This document shows positions 22,101 through 37,100 of a DNA stretch of 64,000 bases, in pieces. The notes beneath the pieces are model-generated. The model worked only from the letters and a program-made list of their open reading frames with translations. It was not told the origin of the DNA and did no database searches. Both the position numbers and the translations under genes were made by a program. How positions within the stretch are numbered: the stretch's first letter is position 1; the number at the start of each line of letters is the position of its first letter. The DNA is taken from positions 1 through 64,000 of the forward strand of contig NW_027306098.1 in NCBI RefSeq assembly GCF_964355755.1, written 5' to 3'. The DNA is from Antedon mediterranea (Eukaryota > Animalia > Echinodermata).

Positions 22101-25100
22101 TGTCTAAAACCTCTCAAAATGCGATTTGAAGCTATTTTGTGCACTTTGATGTTTTTGTATGAAAAGTTTCATCGAAATGCACAAAATTGTCTAAAACGTC
22201 TCCAAATACGATATTAAGCTATTGTATGCACTTTGATGTTTTTGTGTGAAAAGTTTTTTCGAAATGCACAAAATGGTCTAAAACGTCTCCAAATCCGTCT
22301 TGAAGCTATTCTAAGAACTTTGGTGTTTTTATGTTACCAAGTTTTTTCGAAATGCACAAAATGGTCTAAAACGTCTCCAAATACGATTTGAAGCTATTTT
22401 GTGCACTTTGATGTTTTGTGTAATGAAACGCACAAAATGGTCTAAAACGTTTCCAAATGCGATTTGAAGCTATTTTGTGCACTTTGACGTTTTGTGTGAA
22501 AAGTTTCATCGAAAAGCAAAAAATGGTCAAAAACGTCTCAAATACGATAATAAGCTTTTGTATGCACATTGATGTTTTTGTGTGAAAAGTCTCATCGAAA
22601 CGCACAAAATGGTCTAAAATGTCTCCAAATGCGATTTGAAGCTATTTTGTGCACTTTGTTGTTTTGTGTGAAAAGTTTCATCGAAATTCACAAAATGGTC
22701 TAAAACGGTTTCAAATGTGATTTAAAGCACTTAGATGTTTTTGTGTAATCAAGTTTCATCGAAATGCACAAAATGGTCTAAAACGTCTGCAAATGCAATT
22801 TGAAGCTATTTTGTCCACTTTGATGTTTTGTGTAATCAAGTTTCATTGAAATGCACAAAATGGTCTAAAACGTCTCCAAATGCGATTTGAAGCTATTTTG
22901 TACACTTTGATGTTTTGTGTGAAAAGTTTCATTAAAATGCACAAAATGGTCTAAAACGTCTCCAAATACGATATTAAGCTATTGTATGCACTTTGATGTT
23001 TTTGTGTGAAAAGTTTTTTCGAAATACACAAAATGGTCTAAAACGTCTCCAATTGCGATTTAGAGCTCTTTTGTGCACTTTGATGTTTTGTGTCAAAAGT
23101 TTTATAGAAATGCTCAAAATGGTCTAAAACGGTTTCAAATGTGATTTTAAGCACTTTGATGTTTTTGTGTGAAAAGTTTCATCGAAATGCACAAAATGGT
23201 CTAAAACGTCTCCAAATACGATTTGAAGCTATTTTGTGCACTTTAATAGTTTTGTGTGAAAAGTTTTATCGAAATACTCAAAATGGTCTAAAGCGGTTTC
23301 AAATGTGATTTTAAGCACTTGGATATTTTTGTGTAATCAAGTTTCATCGAAATGCACAAAATAGTCTAAAACGTCTCCAAATGCGATTTGAAGCTATTTT
23401 GTGCACTTTGATGGTTTTTGTGTGAAAAGTTTCATCGAAATGCACAAAATGGTCTAAAACGTCTCCAAATACAATTTAAAGGTATTTTGTGCACTTTAAT
23501 AGTTTTGTGTGAAAAGTTTTATGGAAATACTCAAAATGGTCTAAAACGGTTTCAAATGTGATTTTAAGCACTTTGATATTTTTGTGTAATCAAGTTTCAT
23601 CGAAATGCACAAAATGGTCAAAAACGTCTCCAAATACGATAATAAGCTGTTGTATGCACATTGATGTTTTTGTGTGAAAAGTCTCATCGAAATGCACGAA
23701 ATGGTCTAAAACGTCACTAAATTCGTTTGAAGCTATTCTAAGCACGTTGGTGTTTTTTATGTTACCAAGTTTTTTCGAAATGCACAAAATGGTCTAAAAC
23801 GTCTCCAAATGCGATTTGAAACTATTTTGTGCACTTTGATGTTTTGTGTAATGAAACGCACAAAATGGTCTAAAACGACTCCAAATGCGATTTGAAGCTA
23901 TTTTGTGCACTTTGATGTTTTTGTGTGAAAAGTTTCATCGAAATGCACAAAATGGTCTAATACGTCTCCAAATACGATATTAAGCTATTGTATGCACTTT
24001 GTTGTTTTTGTGTGAAAAGTTTCATCGAAATGCACAAAATGGTCTAAAACGGTTTCAAATGTGATTTTAAGCACTTTGATATTTTTGTGTAATCAAGTTT
24101 CATCAAAATGCACAAAATGGTCTAAAACGTCAGCAAATGCGATTTGAAGCTATTTTGTGCACTTTGATGGTTTTGTGTGAAAATTTCATCGAAATGCACA
24201 AAATGGTCAAAAACGTCTCCAAATACGATAATAAGCTGTTGTATGCACATTGATGTGTTTGTGTGAAAAGTCTCATCGAAATTCACAAAATGGTCTAAAA
24301 CGTCTCCAAATCCGTTTTGAAGCTAATCTAAGAACTTTGGTGTTTTTATGTTACCAAGTTTTTTCGAAATGCACAAAATGGTCAAAAACGTCTCCAAATA
24401 CGAGTTGAAGTTATTTTGTGCACTTTGATGTTTTGTGTAATGAAACGCACAAAATGGTCTAAAATGTTTCCAAATGCGATTTGAAGCTATTTTGTGCACT
24501 TTGATGTTTTGTGTGAAAAGTTTCAACAAAAAGCACAAAATGGTCAAAAACGTCTCCAAATACGATAATAAGCTGTTGTATGCACATTGATGTTTTTTTG
24601 TGAAAAGTCTCATCGAAATGCACAAAATGGTCTAAAACGTCTCCAAATCCATTTTGAAGGTATTCTAAGCACTTTGGTGTTTTTATGTTACCAAGTTTTT
24701 TTCGAAATGCACAAAATGGTCTAAAACGTCTATAAATGCGATTTGAAGCTTTTTTGTGCACTTTGATGTTTTGTGTAATGAAACGCACAAAATGGTCTAA
24801 AACGTCTGCAAATGCGATTTGAAGCTATTTTGTGCACTTTGTTGTTTTGTGTGAAAAGATTCATCGAAATGCACAAATTTGTCTAAAACGTCTCCAAATA
24901 CGATATTAGGCTATTGTATGCACTTTGTTGTTTTTGTGTGAAAAGTTTCATCGAAATGCTCAAAATGGTCTAAAACGTCTCCAAATGCGATTTGAAGCCA
25001 TTTTGTGCACTTTGATGTTTTTGTGTGAAAAGTTTCATCAAAATGCACAAAATGGTCTAAAACGTCTGCACATACGAAATTAAATTATTGTATGCACTTT

Positions 25101-28100
25101 GATGTTTTTGTGTGAAAAGATTTTTCGAAATGCACAAAATGGTCTAAAACGTCTCCAAATGCGATTTGAAGCTATTTTGTGCACTTTGATGTTTTGTGTA
25201 ATGAAACGCACAAAATGGTCTAAAATGTCTCCAAATGCGATTTGAAGCTATTTTGTGCACTTTGTTGTTTTGTGTGAAAAGTTTCATCGAAATGCACAAA
25301 AAGGTCTAAAACGTCTCCAAATACGATATTAAGCTATTATATGCATTTTGATGTTTTTGTGTGAAAAGTTTTAATGAAATGCACAAAATGGTCTAAAACG
25401 TCTCCAAATGCGATTTGAAGCTATTTTTTGTACTTTGATGTTTTTGTGTGAAAAGTTTCATCGAAATGCACAAAATGGTCTAAAACGTCTCCAAATACAA
25501 TAATAAGCTATTGTATGCACTTTGTTGTTTTTGTGTGAAAAGTTTCATCGAAATGCACAAAAAGGTCTAAAACGTCTCCAAATACGATATTAAGCTATTA
25601 TATGCATTTTGATGTTTTTGTGTGAAAAGTTTTAAGGAAATGCACAAAATGGCCTCAAACGTCTCCAAATCCGCTTTGAAGCTATTCTAAGCACTTTCGT
25701 GTTTTTATGTTAACAATTTTTTCGAAATGCTCAAAATGTTCTAAAACGGTTTCAAATGTGATTTTAAGGACTTGTGATGTTTTTGTGTAATCAAGTTTCA
25801 TCGAAATGCACAAAATGGTCTAAAACGTCTCCAAATGCGATTTGAAGCTATTTTGTGCACTTTTATGTTTTGTGTGAAAAGTTTCATCGAAATGCACAAA
25901 ATGGTCTAAAACGTCTCCAAATGCGATTTGAAGCTATTTTGTGCACTTTGTTGTTTTTGTGTGAAAAGTTTCATCGAAATGCTCAAAATGGTCTAAAACG
26001 TCTCCAAATGCGATTTGAAGCTATATTGTGCACTTTGTCGTTTTTGTGTGAAAAGTTTCATCGAAATGCTCAAAATGGTCTAAAACGTCTCTAAATGCGA
26101 TTTGAAGCTATTTTGTGCACTTTGATGTTTTTTTGTGAAAAGTTTCATCGAAATGCACAAAATGGTCTAAAACGTCTCTAAATGCGATTTGAAGCTATTT
26201 TTTGCACTTTGATGTTTTTGTGTGAAAAGTTTCATCGAAATGCACAAAATGGTCTAAAACGTCTCTAAATGCGATTTGAAGCTATTTTGTGCACTTTGAT
26301 GTATTTTTGTGAAAAGTTTCATCGAAATGCACAAAATGGTCTAAAACGTCTCTAAATGCGATTTGAAGCTATTTTGTGCACTTTGTCGTTTTTGTGTGAA
26401 AAGTTTCATCGAAATGCTCAAAATGGTCTAAAACGTCTCCAAATGCGATTTGAAGCAATTTTGTGCACTTTGATGTTTTTGTGTGAAAAGTTTCATCGAA
26501 ATGCACAAAATGGTCTAAAACGTCTGCAAATGCGATTTGAAGCTATTTTGTGCACTTTGATGTTTTGTGTAATCCAGTTTCATCGAAATGTACAAAATTG
26601 TCTAAAACGTCTCTAAATGCGATTTGAAGCTATTTTGTGCACTTTGTCGTTTTTGTGTGAAAAGTTTTTTCGAAATGCACAAAATGGTCTAAAACGTGTC
26701 CAAATGCGATTTGAAGTTATTTTGTGCACTTTGATGTTTTGTGTGAAAAGTTTTATCGAAATGCTCAAAATGGTCTAAAACGGTTTCAAATGTGATTTTA
26801 AGCACCTTGATATTTTTGTGTAATCAAGTTTCATCGAAATGCACAAAATGGTCTAAAACGTCTGCAAATGCGATTTGAAGCTATTTTGTGCACTTTGATG
26901 GTTTGGGTGAAAAGTTTCATCGAAATGCACAAAATGGTCAAAAATGTCTCCAAATGCGATTTGAAGCTATTTTGTGCACTTTGTTGTTTTGTGTGAAAAG
27001 TTTCATCGAAATGCACAAAATGGTCTAAAACGGTTTCAAATGTGATTTTAAGCACTTTGATATTTTTGTGTAATCAAGTTTTTTCGAAATGCACAACATG
27101 GTCTAAAACGTCTCCAAATGCGATTTGAAGTTATTTTGTTCACTTTGATGTTTTTGTTTGAAAAGTTTCATCGAAATGCACAAAATGGTCTAAAACGTCT
27201 CTAAATGCGATTTGAACCTATTTTGTGCACTTTGATGTTTTTGTGTGAAAAGTTTCATCGAAATGCACAAAATGGTCTAAAACGTCTCTAAATGCGATTT
27301 GAAGCTATTTTGTGCACTTTGTCGTTTTTGTGTGAAAAGTTTCATCGAAATGCTCAAAATGGTCTAAAACGTCTCCAAATGCGATTTGAAGCTATTTTGT
27401 GCACTTCGATGTTTTTTTCTGAAAAGTTTCATCGAAATGCACAAAATGGTCTAAAACGTCTCTAAATGCGATTTGAAGCTATTTTGTGCACTTTGATGTT
27501 TTTGTGTGAAAAGTTTCATCGAAATGCACAAAATGGTCTTAAACGTCTCTAAATGCGATTTGAAGCTATTTTGTGCACTTTGTCGTTTTTGTGTGAAAAG
27601 TTTCATCGAAATGCTCAAAATGGTCTAAAACGTCTCCAAATGCGATTTGAAGCAATTTTGTGCACTTTGATGTTTTTGTGTGAAAAGTTTCATCGAAATG
27701 CACAAAATGGTCTAAAACGTCTGCAAATGCGATTTGAAGCTATTTTGTGCACTTTGATGTTTTTTTGTGAAAAGTTTCATCGAAAGGCACAAAATTGTCT
27801 AAAACGTCTCTAAATGCGATTTGAAGCTATTTTGTGCACTTTGTCGTTTTTGTGTGAAAAGTTTCATCGAAATGCTCAAAATGGTCTAAAACGTCTCCAA
27901 ATGCGATTTGAAGCAATTTTGTGCACTTTGATGTTTTTGTGTGAAAAGTTTTTTCGAAATGCACAAAATGGTCTAAAACGTCTCCAAATGCGATTTGAAG
28001 CAATTTTGTGCACTTTGATGTTTTGTGTAATCCAGTTTCATCGAAATGTACAAAATTGTCTAAAACCTCTCAAAATGCGATTTGAAGCTATTTTGTGCAC

Positions 28101-31100
28101 TTTGATGTTTTTGTGTGAAAAGTTTCATCGAAATGCACAAAATTGTCTAAAACGTCTCCAAATACGATATTAAGCTATTGTATGCACTTTGATGTTTTTG
28201 AGTGAAAAGTTTTTTCGAAATGCACAAAATGGTCTAAAACGTCTCCAAATGCGATTTGGAGCTCTTTTGTGCACTTTGATGTTTTGTGTAAAAAGTTTGC
28301 TATTTTGTGCACTTTAATGTTTTGTGTGAAAAGTTTTATCGAAATGCTCAAAATTGTCTAAAACGGTTTCAAATGTGATTTTAAGCACTTTTATATTTTT
28401 GTGTAATCAAGTTTTTTCGAAATGCACAACATGGTCTAAAACGTCTCCAAATGCGATTTGAAGCTATTTTGTGCACTTTGATGTTTTTGTGTGAAAAGTT
28501 TCATCGAAATGCACAAAATGGTCTCAAACGTCTGGAAATGCGAGTTGAAGCTATTTTGTGCACTTTGTCGTTTTTGTGTGAAAAGTATATTCGAAATGCT
28601 CAAAATGGTCTAAAACGTCTCCAAATGCGATTTGAAGCTATTTTGTGATTTTAAGAACTTTGATGTTTTTGTGTGAAAAGTTTCATCGAAATGCACAAAA
28701 TGGTCTAAATGCGATTTGAAGCTATTTTGTGCACTTTGATGTTTTTTTGTGAAAAGTTTCATCGAAATGCACAAAATGGTCTAAAACGTCTCCAAATACG
28801 ATATTAAGCTATTGTATGTATGTTGATGTTTTTGTGTGAAAAGTTTTATCGAAATGCTCAAAATGGTCTAAAACGGTTTCAAATGTGATTTTAAGCACTT
28901 TGATGTTTTTGTGTAATCAAGTTTCATCGAAATGCACAAAATGGTCTAAAACATCTGCAAATGCGATTTTAAGCTATTTTGTGCACTTTCATGTTTTGTG
29001 TGAAAAGTTTTATCGAAATGCTCAAAATGGTCTAAAACGGTTTCAAATGTGATTTTAAGCACTTTGATATTTTTGTGTAATCAAGTTTCATCGAAATGCA
29101 CCAAATTGTCTAAAACGTCTGCAAATGCGATTTGAAGCTATTTTGTGCACTTTGATGTTTTTGTGTGAAAAGTTTCACCAAAAGGCACAAAATGGTCTAA
29201 AACGTCTCCAAATATGATATTAAGCTATTGTATGCACTTTGTTGTTTTTATCTGAAAAGTTTTCACGAAATGCACAAAATGATCTAAAACGTCTCTAAAT
29301 GCGATTTGAAGTTATTTTGTGCACTTTAATGTTTTGTGTGAAAAGTTTTATCGAAATGCACAAAATGGTCTAAAACGTCTCCAAATGCGATTTGAAGCTA
29401 TTTTGTGCACTTTGATGTTTTGTGTGAAAAGTTTCACCAAAATGCACAAAATGGTCTAAAACGTCTCCAAATCCGTTTTGAAGCTAATCTAAGCACTTTG
29501 ATGTTGTTATGTTAAACAAGTTTTTTCGAAATGCACAAAATGGTGTAAAACGTCTCCAAATACGATTTGAAGCTCTTTTGTGCACTTTGATGTTTTGTGT
29601 AATAAGTTTTATAGAAACGCACAAAATGGTCTAAAACGGTTTCAAATGTGATTTTAAGCACTTTGATATTTTTGTTTAACCAAGTTTCATCGAAATGCAC
29701 ATAATGGTCTAAAACGTCTCCAAATGCGATTTGAAGCTGTTTTTGTGTGAAAAGTTTTTTCGAAATACACAAAATGGTCTAAAACGTCTCCAAATACGAT
29801 TTGGAACTCTTTTGTGCACTTTGATGTTTTGTGTCAAAAGTTTTATAGAAATGCCCGAAATGGTCTAAAACGGTTTCAAATGTGATTTTAAGCACTTTGA
29901 TATTTTTGTGTAATCAAGTTTCATCGAAATGCACAAAATGGTCTAAAACGTGTTCAAATGCGATTTGAAGCTATTTTGTGATTTTAAGAACTTTGATATT
30001 TTTGTGTAATCAAGTTTCATCGAATGCACAAACTGGTCTAAACATTTGAAGCTATTTTGTGCACTTTGTCGTTTTTGTGTGAAAAGTTTTTTCGAAATGC
30101 ACAAAATGGTCTAAAACGTGTCCAAATGCGATTTGAAGTTATTTTGTGCACTTTGATGTTTTGTGTGAAAAGTTTTATCGAAATGCTCAAAATGGTCTAA
30201 AACGGTTTCAAATGTGATTTTAAGCACCTTGATATTTTTGTGTAATCAAGTTTCATCGAAATGCACAAAATGGTCCAAAACGTCTGCAAATGCGATTTGA
30301 AGCTATTTTGTGCACTTTGATGGTTTGGGTGAAAAGTTTCATCGAAATGCACAAAATGGTCAAAAATGTCTCCAAATGCGATTTGAAGCTATTTTGTGCA
30401 CTTTGATGTTTTTTTGTGAAAAGTTTCATCGAAATGCACAAAATGGTCTAAAACGTCTCTAAATGCGATTTGAAGTTATTTTGTGCACTTTGATGTTTTG
30501 TGTGAAAAGTTTTATCGAAATGCTCCAAAATGGTCTAAAACGGTTTCAAATTTGATTTTAAGCACTTTGATATTTTTGTGTAATCAAGTTTCATCGAAAT
30601 GCACAAAATGGTCTAAAACGTCTGCAAATGCGATTTAAAGCTATTTTGTGCACTTTAATGTTTTGTGTGAAAAGTTTTATCGAAATTCTCAAAATGGTCT
30701 AAAACGGTTTCAAATGTGATTTTAAGCACTTTGATGTTTTTGTGTAATCAAGTTTCATCGAAATGCACAAAATGGTTTAAAACGTCAGCAAATGCGATTT
30801 GAAGCTATTTTGTGCACTTTGATGTTTTTGTGTGAAAAGTTTCATCGAAATGCACAAAATTGTCTAAAATGTTTCCAAATACGATATTAAGCTATTGTAT
30901 GCACTTTGATGTTTTTGAGTGAAAAGTTTTTTCGAAATGCACAAAATGGTCTAAAACGTCTCCAAATGCGATTTGGAGCTCTTTTGTGCACTTTGATGTT
31001 TTGTGTAAAAAGTTTGCTATTTTGTGCACTTTAATGTTTTGTGTGAAAAGTTTTATCGAAATGCTCAAAATTGTCTAAAACGGTTTCAAATGTGATTTTA

Positions 31101-34100
31101 ATCACTTTGATATTTTTGTGTAATCAAGTTTTTTTCGAAATGCACAACATGGTCTAAAACGTCTCCAAATGCGATTTTAAGCTATTTTGTGCACTTTGAT
31201 GTTTTTGTGTGAAAAGTTTCATCGAAATGCACAAAATGGTCTAAAACGTCTCTAAATGCGATTTGAAGCTATTTTGTGCACTTTGTCGTTTTTGTGTGAA
31301 AAGTTTCATCGAAATGCTCAAATTGGTCTAAAACGTCTCCAAATGCGATTTGAAACTATATTGTGCACTTTGTCGTTTTTGTGTGAAAAGTTTCATCGAA
31401 ATGCTCAAAATGGTCTAAAACGTCTCTAAATGCGATTTGAAGCTATTTTGTGCACTTTGATGTTTTTTTGTGAAAAGTTTCATCGAAATGCACAAAATGG
31501 TCTAAAACGTCTCTAAATGCGATTTGAAGCTATTTTGTGCACTTTGATGTTTTTGTGTGAAAAGTTTCATCGAAATGCACAAAATGGTCTAAAACGTCTC
31601 TAAATGCGATTTGAAGCTATTTTGTGCACTTTGTGATGTTTTTTTGTGAAAAGTTTCATCGAAATGCACAAAATGGTCTAAAACGTCTCTAAATGCGATT
31701 TGAAGCTATTTTGTGCACTTTGTCGTTTTTGTGTGAAAAGTTTCATCGAAATGCTCAAAATGGTCTAAAACGTCTCCAAATGCGATTTGAAGCAATTTTG
31801 TGCACTTTGATGTTTTTGTGTGAAAAGTTTCATCGAAATGCACAAAATGGTCTAAAACGTCTGCAAATGCGATTTGAAGCTATTTTGTGCACTTTGATGT
31901 TTTGTGTAATCCAGTTTCATCGAAATGTACAAAATTGTCTAAAACGTCTCTAAATGCGATTTGAAGCTATTTTGTGCACTTTGTCGTTTTTGTGTGAAAA
32001 GTTTTTTCGAAATGCACAAAATTGTCTAAAACGTGTCCAAATGCGATTTGAAGTTATTTTGTGCACTTTGATGTTTTGTGTGAAAAGTTTTATCGAAATG
32101 CTCAAAATGGTCTAAAACGGTTTCAAATGTGATTTTAAGCACCTTGATATTTTTGTGTAATCAAGTTTCATCGAAATGCACAAAATGGTCCAAAACGTCT
32201 GCAAATGCGATTTGAAGCTATTTTGTGCACTTTGTTGTTTTGTGTGAAAAGTTTCATCGAAATGCACAAAATGGTCTAAAACGGTTTCAAATGTGATTTT
32301 AAGCACTTTGATATTTTTGTGTAATCAAGTTTTTTCGAAATGCACAACATGATCTAAAACGTCTCCAAATGCGATTTGAAGTTATTTTGTGCACTTTGAT
32401 GTTTTTGTTTGAAAAGTTTCATCGAAATGCACAAAATGGTCTAAAACGACTCTAAATGCGATTTGAACCTATTTTGTGCACTTTGATGTTTTTGTGTGAA
32501 AAGTTTCATCGAAATGCACAAAATGGTCTAAAACGTCTCTAAATGCGATTTGAAGCTATTTTGTGCACTTTGTCGTTTTTGTGTGAAAAGTTTCATCGAA
32601 ATGCTCAAAATGGTCTAAAACGTCTCCAAATGCGATTTGAAGCTATTTTGTGCACTTCGATGTTTTTTTCTGAAAAGTTTCATCGAAATGCACAAAATGG
32701 TCTAAAACGTCTCTAAATGCGATTTGAAGCTATTTTGTGCACTTTGATGTTTTTGTGTGAAAAGTTTCATCGAAATGCACAAAATGGTCTTAAACGTCTC
32801 TAAATGCGATTTGAAGCTATTTTGTGCACTTTGTCGTTTTTGTGTGAAAAGTTTCATCGAAATGCTCAAAATGGTCTAAAACGTCTCCAAATGCGATTTG
32901 AAGCAATTTTGTGCACTTTGATGTTTTTGTGTGAAAAGTTTCATCGAAATGCACAAAATGGTCTAAAACGTCTGCAAATGCGATTTGAAGCTATTTTGTG
33001 CACTTTGATGTTTTTTTGTGAAAAGTTTCATCGAAATGCACAAAATTGTCTAAAACGTCTCTAAATGCGATTTGAAGCTATTTTGTGCACTTTGTCGTTT
33101 TTGTGTGAAAAGTTTCATCGAAATGCTCAAAATGGTCTAAAACGTCTCCAAATGCGATTTGAAGCAATTTTGTGCACTTTGATGTTTTTGTGTGAAAAGT
33201 TTTTTCGAAATGCACAAAATGGTCTAAAACGTCTCCAAATGCGATTTGAAGCAATTTTGTGCACTTTGATGTTTTGTGTAATCCAGTTTCATCGAAATGT
33301 ACAAAATTGTCTAAAACGTCTCTAAATGCGATTTGAAGCTATTTTGTGCACTTTGTCGTTTTTGTGTGAAAAGTTTCATCGAAAGGCACAAAATGGTCTA
33401 AAACGTCTCCAATTGCGATTTGAAGTTATTTTGTGCACTTTGATGTTTTGTGTGAAAAGTTTTATCGAAATGCTCAAAATGGTCTAAAACGGTTTCAAAT
33501 GCGATTTTAAGCATTTTGATATTTTTGTGTAATCAAGTTTCATCGAAATGCACAAAATGGTCTAAAACGTCTGCAAATGCGATTTAAAGCTATTTTGTGC
33601 ACTTTAATGTTTTGTGTGAAAAGTTTTATCGAAATTCTCAAAATGGTCTAAAACGGTTTCAAATGTGATTTTAAGCACTTTGATGTTTTTGTGTAATCAA
33701 GTTTTTTCGAGATGCACAACATGGTCTAAAACGTCTCCAAATGCGATTTGAAGCTATTTTGTGCACTTTGATGTTTTTGTGTGAAAAGTTTCATCGAAAT
33801 GCACAAAATGGTCTAAAACGTCTCTAAATGCGATTTGAAGCTATTTTGTGCACTTTGATGTTTTTGTGTGAAAAGTTTCATCGAAATGCACAAAATGGTC
33901 TAAAACGTCTCTAAATGCGATTTGAAGCTATTTTGTGCACTTTGTCGTTTTTGTGTGAAAAGTTTCATCGAAATGCTCAAAATGGTCTAAAACGTCTCAA
34001 AATGCGATTTGAAGCTATTTTGTGCACTTTGATGTTTTTTTCTGAAAAGTTTCATCGAAATGCACAAAATGGTCTAAAACGTCTGCAAATGCGATTTGAA

Positions 34101-37100
34101 GCTATTTTGTGCACTTTGATGTTTTTGTGTGAAAAGTTTCATCGAAATGCACAAAATGGTCTAAAACGTCTCTAAATGCGATTTGAAGCTATTTTGTGCA
34201 CTTTGTCGTTTTTGTGTGAAAAGTTTCATCGAAATGCTCAAAATGGTCTAAAACGTCTCTAAATGCGATTTGAAGCAATTTTGTGCACTTTGTCGTTTTT
34301 GTGTGAAAAGTTTCATCGAAATGCACAAAATGGTCTAAAACGTCTGCAAATGCGATTTGAAGCTATTTTGTGCACTTTGTCGTTTTTGTGTGAAAAGTTT
34401 TTTCGAAATGCACAAAATGGTATAAAACGTCTCCAAATGCGATTTGAAGCAATTTTATGCACTTTGATGTTTTGTGTAATCCAGTTTCATCGAAATGTAC
34501 AAAATTGTCTAAAACGTCTCTAAATGCGATTTGAAGCTATTTTGTGCACTTTGTCGTTTTTGTGTGAAAAGTTTCATCGAAATGCACAAAATGGTCTAAA
34601 ACGTCTCCAATTGCGATTTGAAGTTATTTTGTGCACTTTGATGTTTTGTGTGAAAAGTTTTATCGAAATGCTCAAAATGGTCTAAAACGGTTTCAAATGT
34701 GATTTTAAGCACTTTGATATTTTTGTGTAATCAAGTTTCATCGAAATGCACAAAATGGTCTAAAACGTCTGCAAATGCGATTTAAAGCTATTTTGTGCAC
34801 TTTAATGTTTTGTGTGAAAAGTTTTATCGAAATTCTCAAAATGGTCTAAAACGGTTTCAAATGTGATTTTAAGCACTTTTATGTTTTTGTGTAATCAAGT
34901 TTCATCGAAATGCACAAAATGGTTTAAAACGTCTGCAAATGCGATTTGAAGCTATTTTGTGCACTTTGATGTTTTTGTGTGAAAAGTTTCATCGAAATGC
35001 ACGAAATTGTCTAAAAAGTCTCCAAATGCGATTTGAAGCTATTTTGTGCACTTTGTCGTTTTTGTGTGAAAAGTTTCATCGAAATGCTCAAAATGGTCTA
35101 AAACGTCTCCAAATGCGATTTGAAGCAATTTTGTGCACTTTGATGTTTTTGTGTGAAAAGTTTCATCGAAATGCACAAAATGGTCTAAAACGTCTGCAAA
35201 TGCGATTTGAAGCTATTTTGTGCACTTTGTCGTTTTTGTGTGAAAAGTTTTTTCGAAATGCACAAAATGGTCTAAAACGTCTCCAAATGCGATTTGAAGC
35301 AATTTTGTGCACTTTGATGTTTTGTCTAATCCAGTTTCATCGAAATGTACAAAATTGTCTAAAACGTCTCTAAATGCGATTTGAAGCTATTTTGTGCAAT
35401 TTGTCGTTTTTGTGTGAAAAGTTTTTTCGAAATGCACAAAATGGTCTAAAACGTCTCCAATTGCGATTTGAAGTTATTTTGTGCACTTTGATGTTTTTGA
35501 GTGAAAAGTTTTTTCGAAATGCACAAAATGGTCTAAAACGTCTCCAAATGCGATTTGAAGCTATTTTGTGCACTTTGATGTTTTTTTCTGAAAAGTTTCA
35601 TCGAAATACACAAAATGGTCTAAAACGTCTCTAAATGCGATTTGAAGCTATTTTGTGCACTTTGATGTTTTTGTGTGAAAAGTTTCATCGAAATGCACAA
35701 AATGGTCTAAAACGTCTCTAAATGCGATTTGAAGCTATATGTGCACTTTGATGTTTTTTTGTGAAAAGTTTCACCAAAATGCACAAAATGGTCTAAAACG
35801 TCTCTAAATGCGATTTGAAGCTATTTTGTGCACTTTGTCGTTTTTGTGTGAAAAGTTTCATCGAAATGCTCAAAATGGTCTAAAACGGTTTCAAATGTGA
35901 TTTTGTGCACTTTGATGTTTTTGTGTAATCAAGTTTCATCGAAATGCACAAAATGGTTTAAAACGTCTGCAAATGCGATTTGAAGCTATTTTGTGCACTT
36001 TGATGTTTTGTGTAATCCAGTTTCATCGAAATGTACAAAATTGTCTAAAACCTCTCAAAATGCGATTTGAAGCTATTTTGTGCACTTTGATGTTTTTGTG
36101 TGAAAAGTTTCATCGAAATGCACAAAATTGTCTAAAACGTCTCCAAATACGATATTAAGCTATTGTATGCACTTTGATGTTTTTGAGTGAAAAGTTTTTT
36201 CGAAATGCACAAAATGGTCTAAAACGTCTCCAAATGCGATTTGGAGCTCTTTTGTGCACTTTGATGTTTTGTGTAAAAAGTTTGCTATTTTGTGCACTTT
36301 AATGTTTTGTGTGAAAAGTTTTATCGAAATGCTCAAAATTGTCTAAAACGGTTTCAAATGTGATTTTAAGCACTTTGATATTTTTGTGTAATCAAGTTTT
36401 TTCGAAATGCACAACATGGTCTAAAACGTCTCCAAATGCGATTTGAAGCTATTTTGTGCACTTTGATGTTTTTGTGTGTAAAGTTTTATCGAAATTCTCA
36501 AAATGGTCTAAAACGGTTTCAAATGTGATTTTAAGCACTTTGATGTTTTTGTGTAATCAAGTTTCATCGAAATGCACAAAATGGTTTAAAACGTCTGCAA
36601 ATGCGATTTGAAGCTATTTTGTGCACTTTGATGTTTTTGTGTGAAAAGTTTCATCGAAATGCACAAAATTGTCTAAAACGTCTCCAAATACGATATTAAG
36701 CTATTGTATGCACTTTGATGTTTTTGAGTGAAAAGTTTTTTCGAAATGCACAAAATGGTCTAAAACGTCTCCCAATGCGATTTGGAGCTCTTTTGTGCAC
36801 TTTGATGTTTTGTGTAAAAAGTTTGCTATTTTGTGCACTTTAATGTTTTGTGTGAAAAGTTTTATCGAAATGCTCAAAATTGTCTAAAACGGTTTCAAAT
36901 GTGATTTTAAGCACTTTGATTTTTTTGTGTAATCAAGTTTTTTCGAAATGCACAACATGGTCTAAAACGTCTCCAAATGCGATTTGAAGCTATTTTGTGC
37001 ACTTTGTCGTTTTTGTGTGAAAAGTTTCATCGAAATGCTCAAAATGGTCTAAAACGCCTCCAAATGCGATTTGAAGCTACTTTGTGCACTTTGATGTTTT

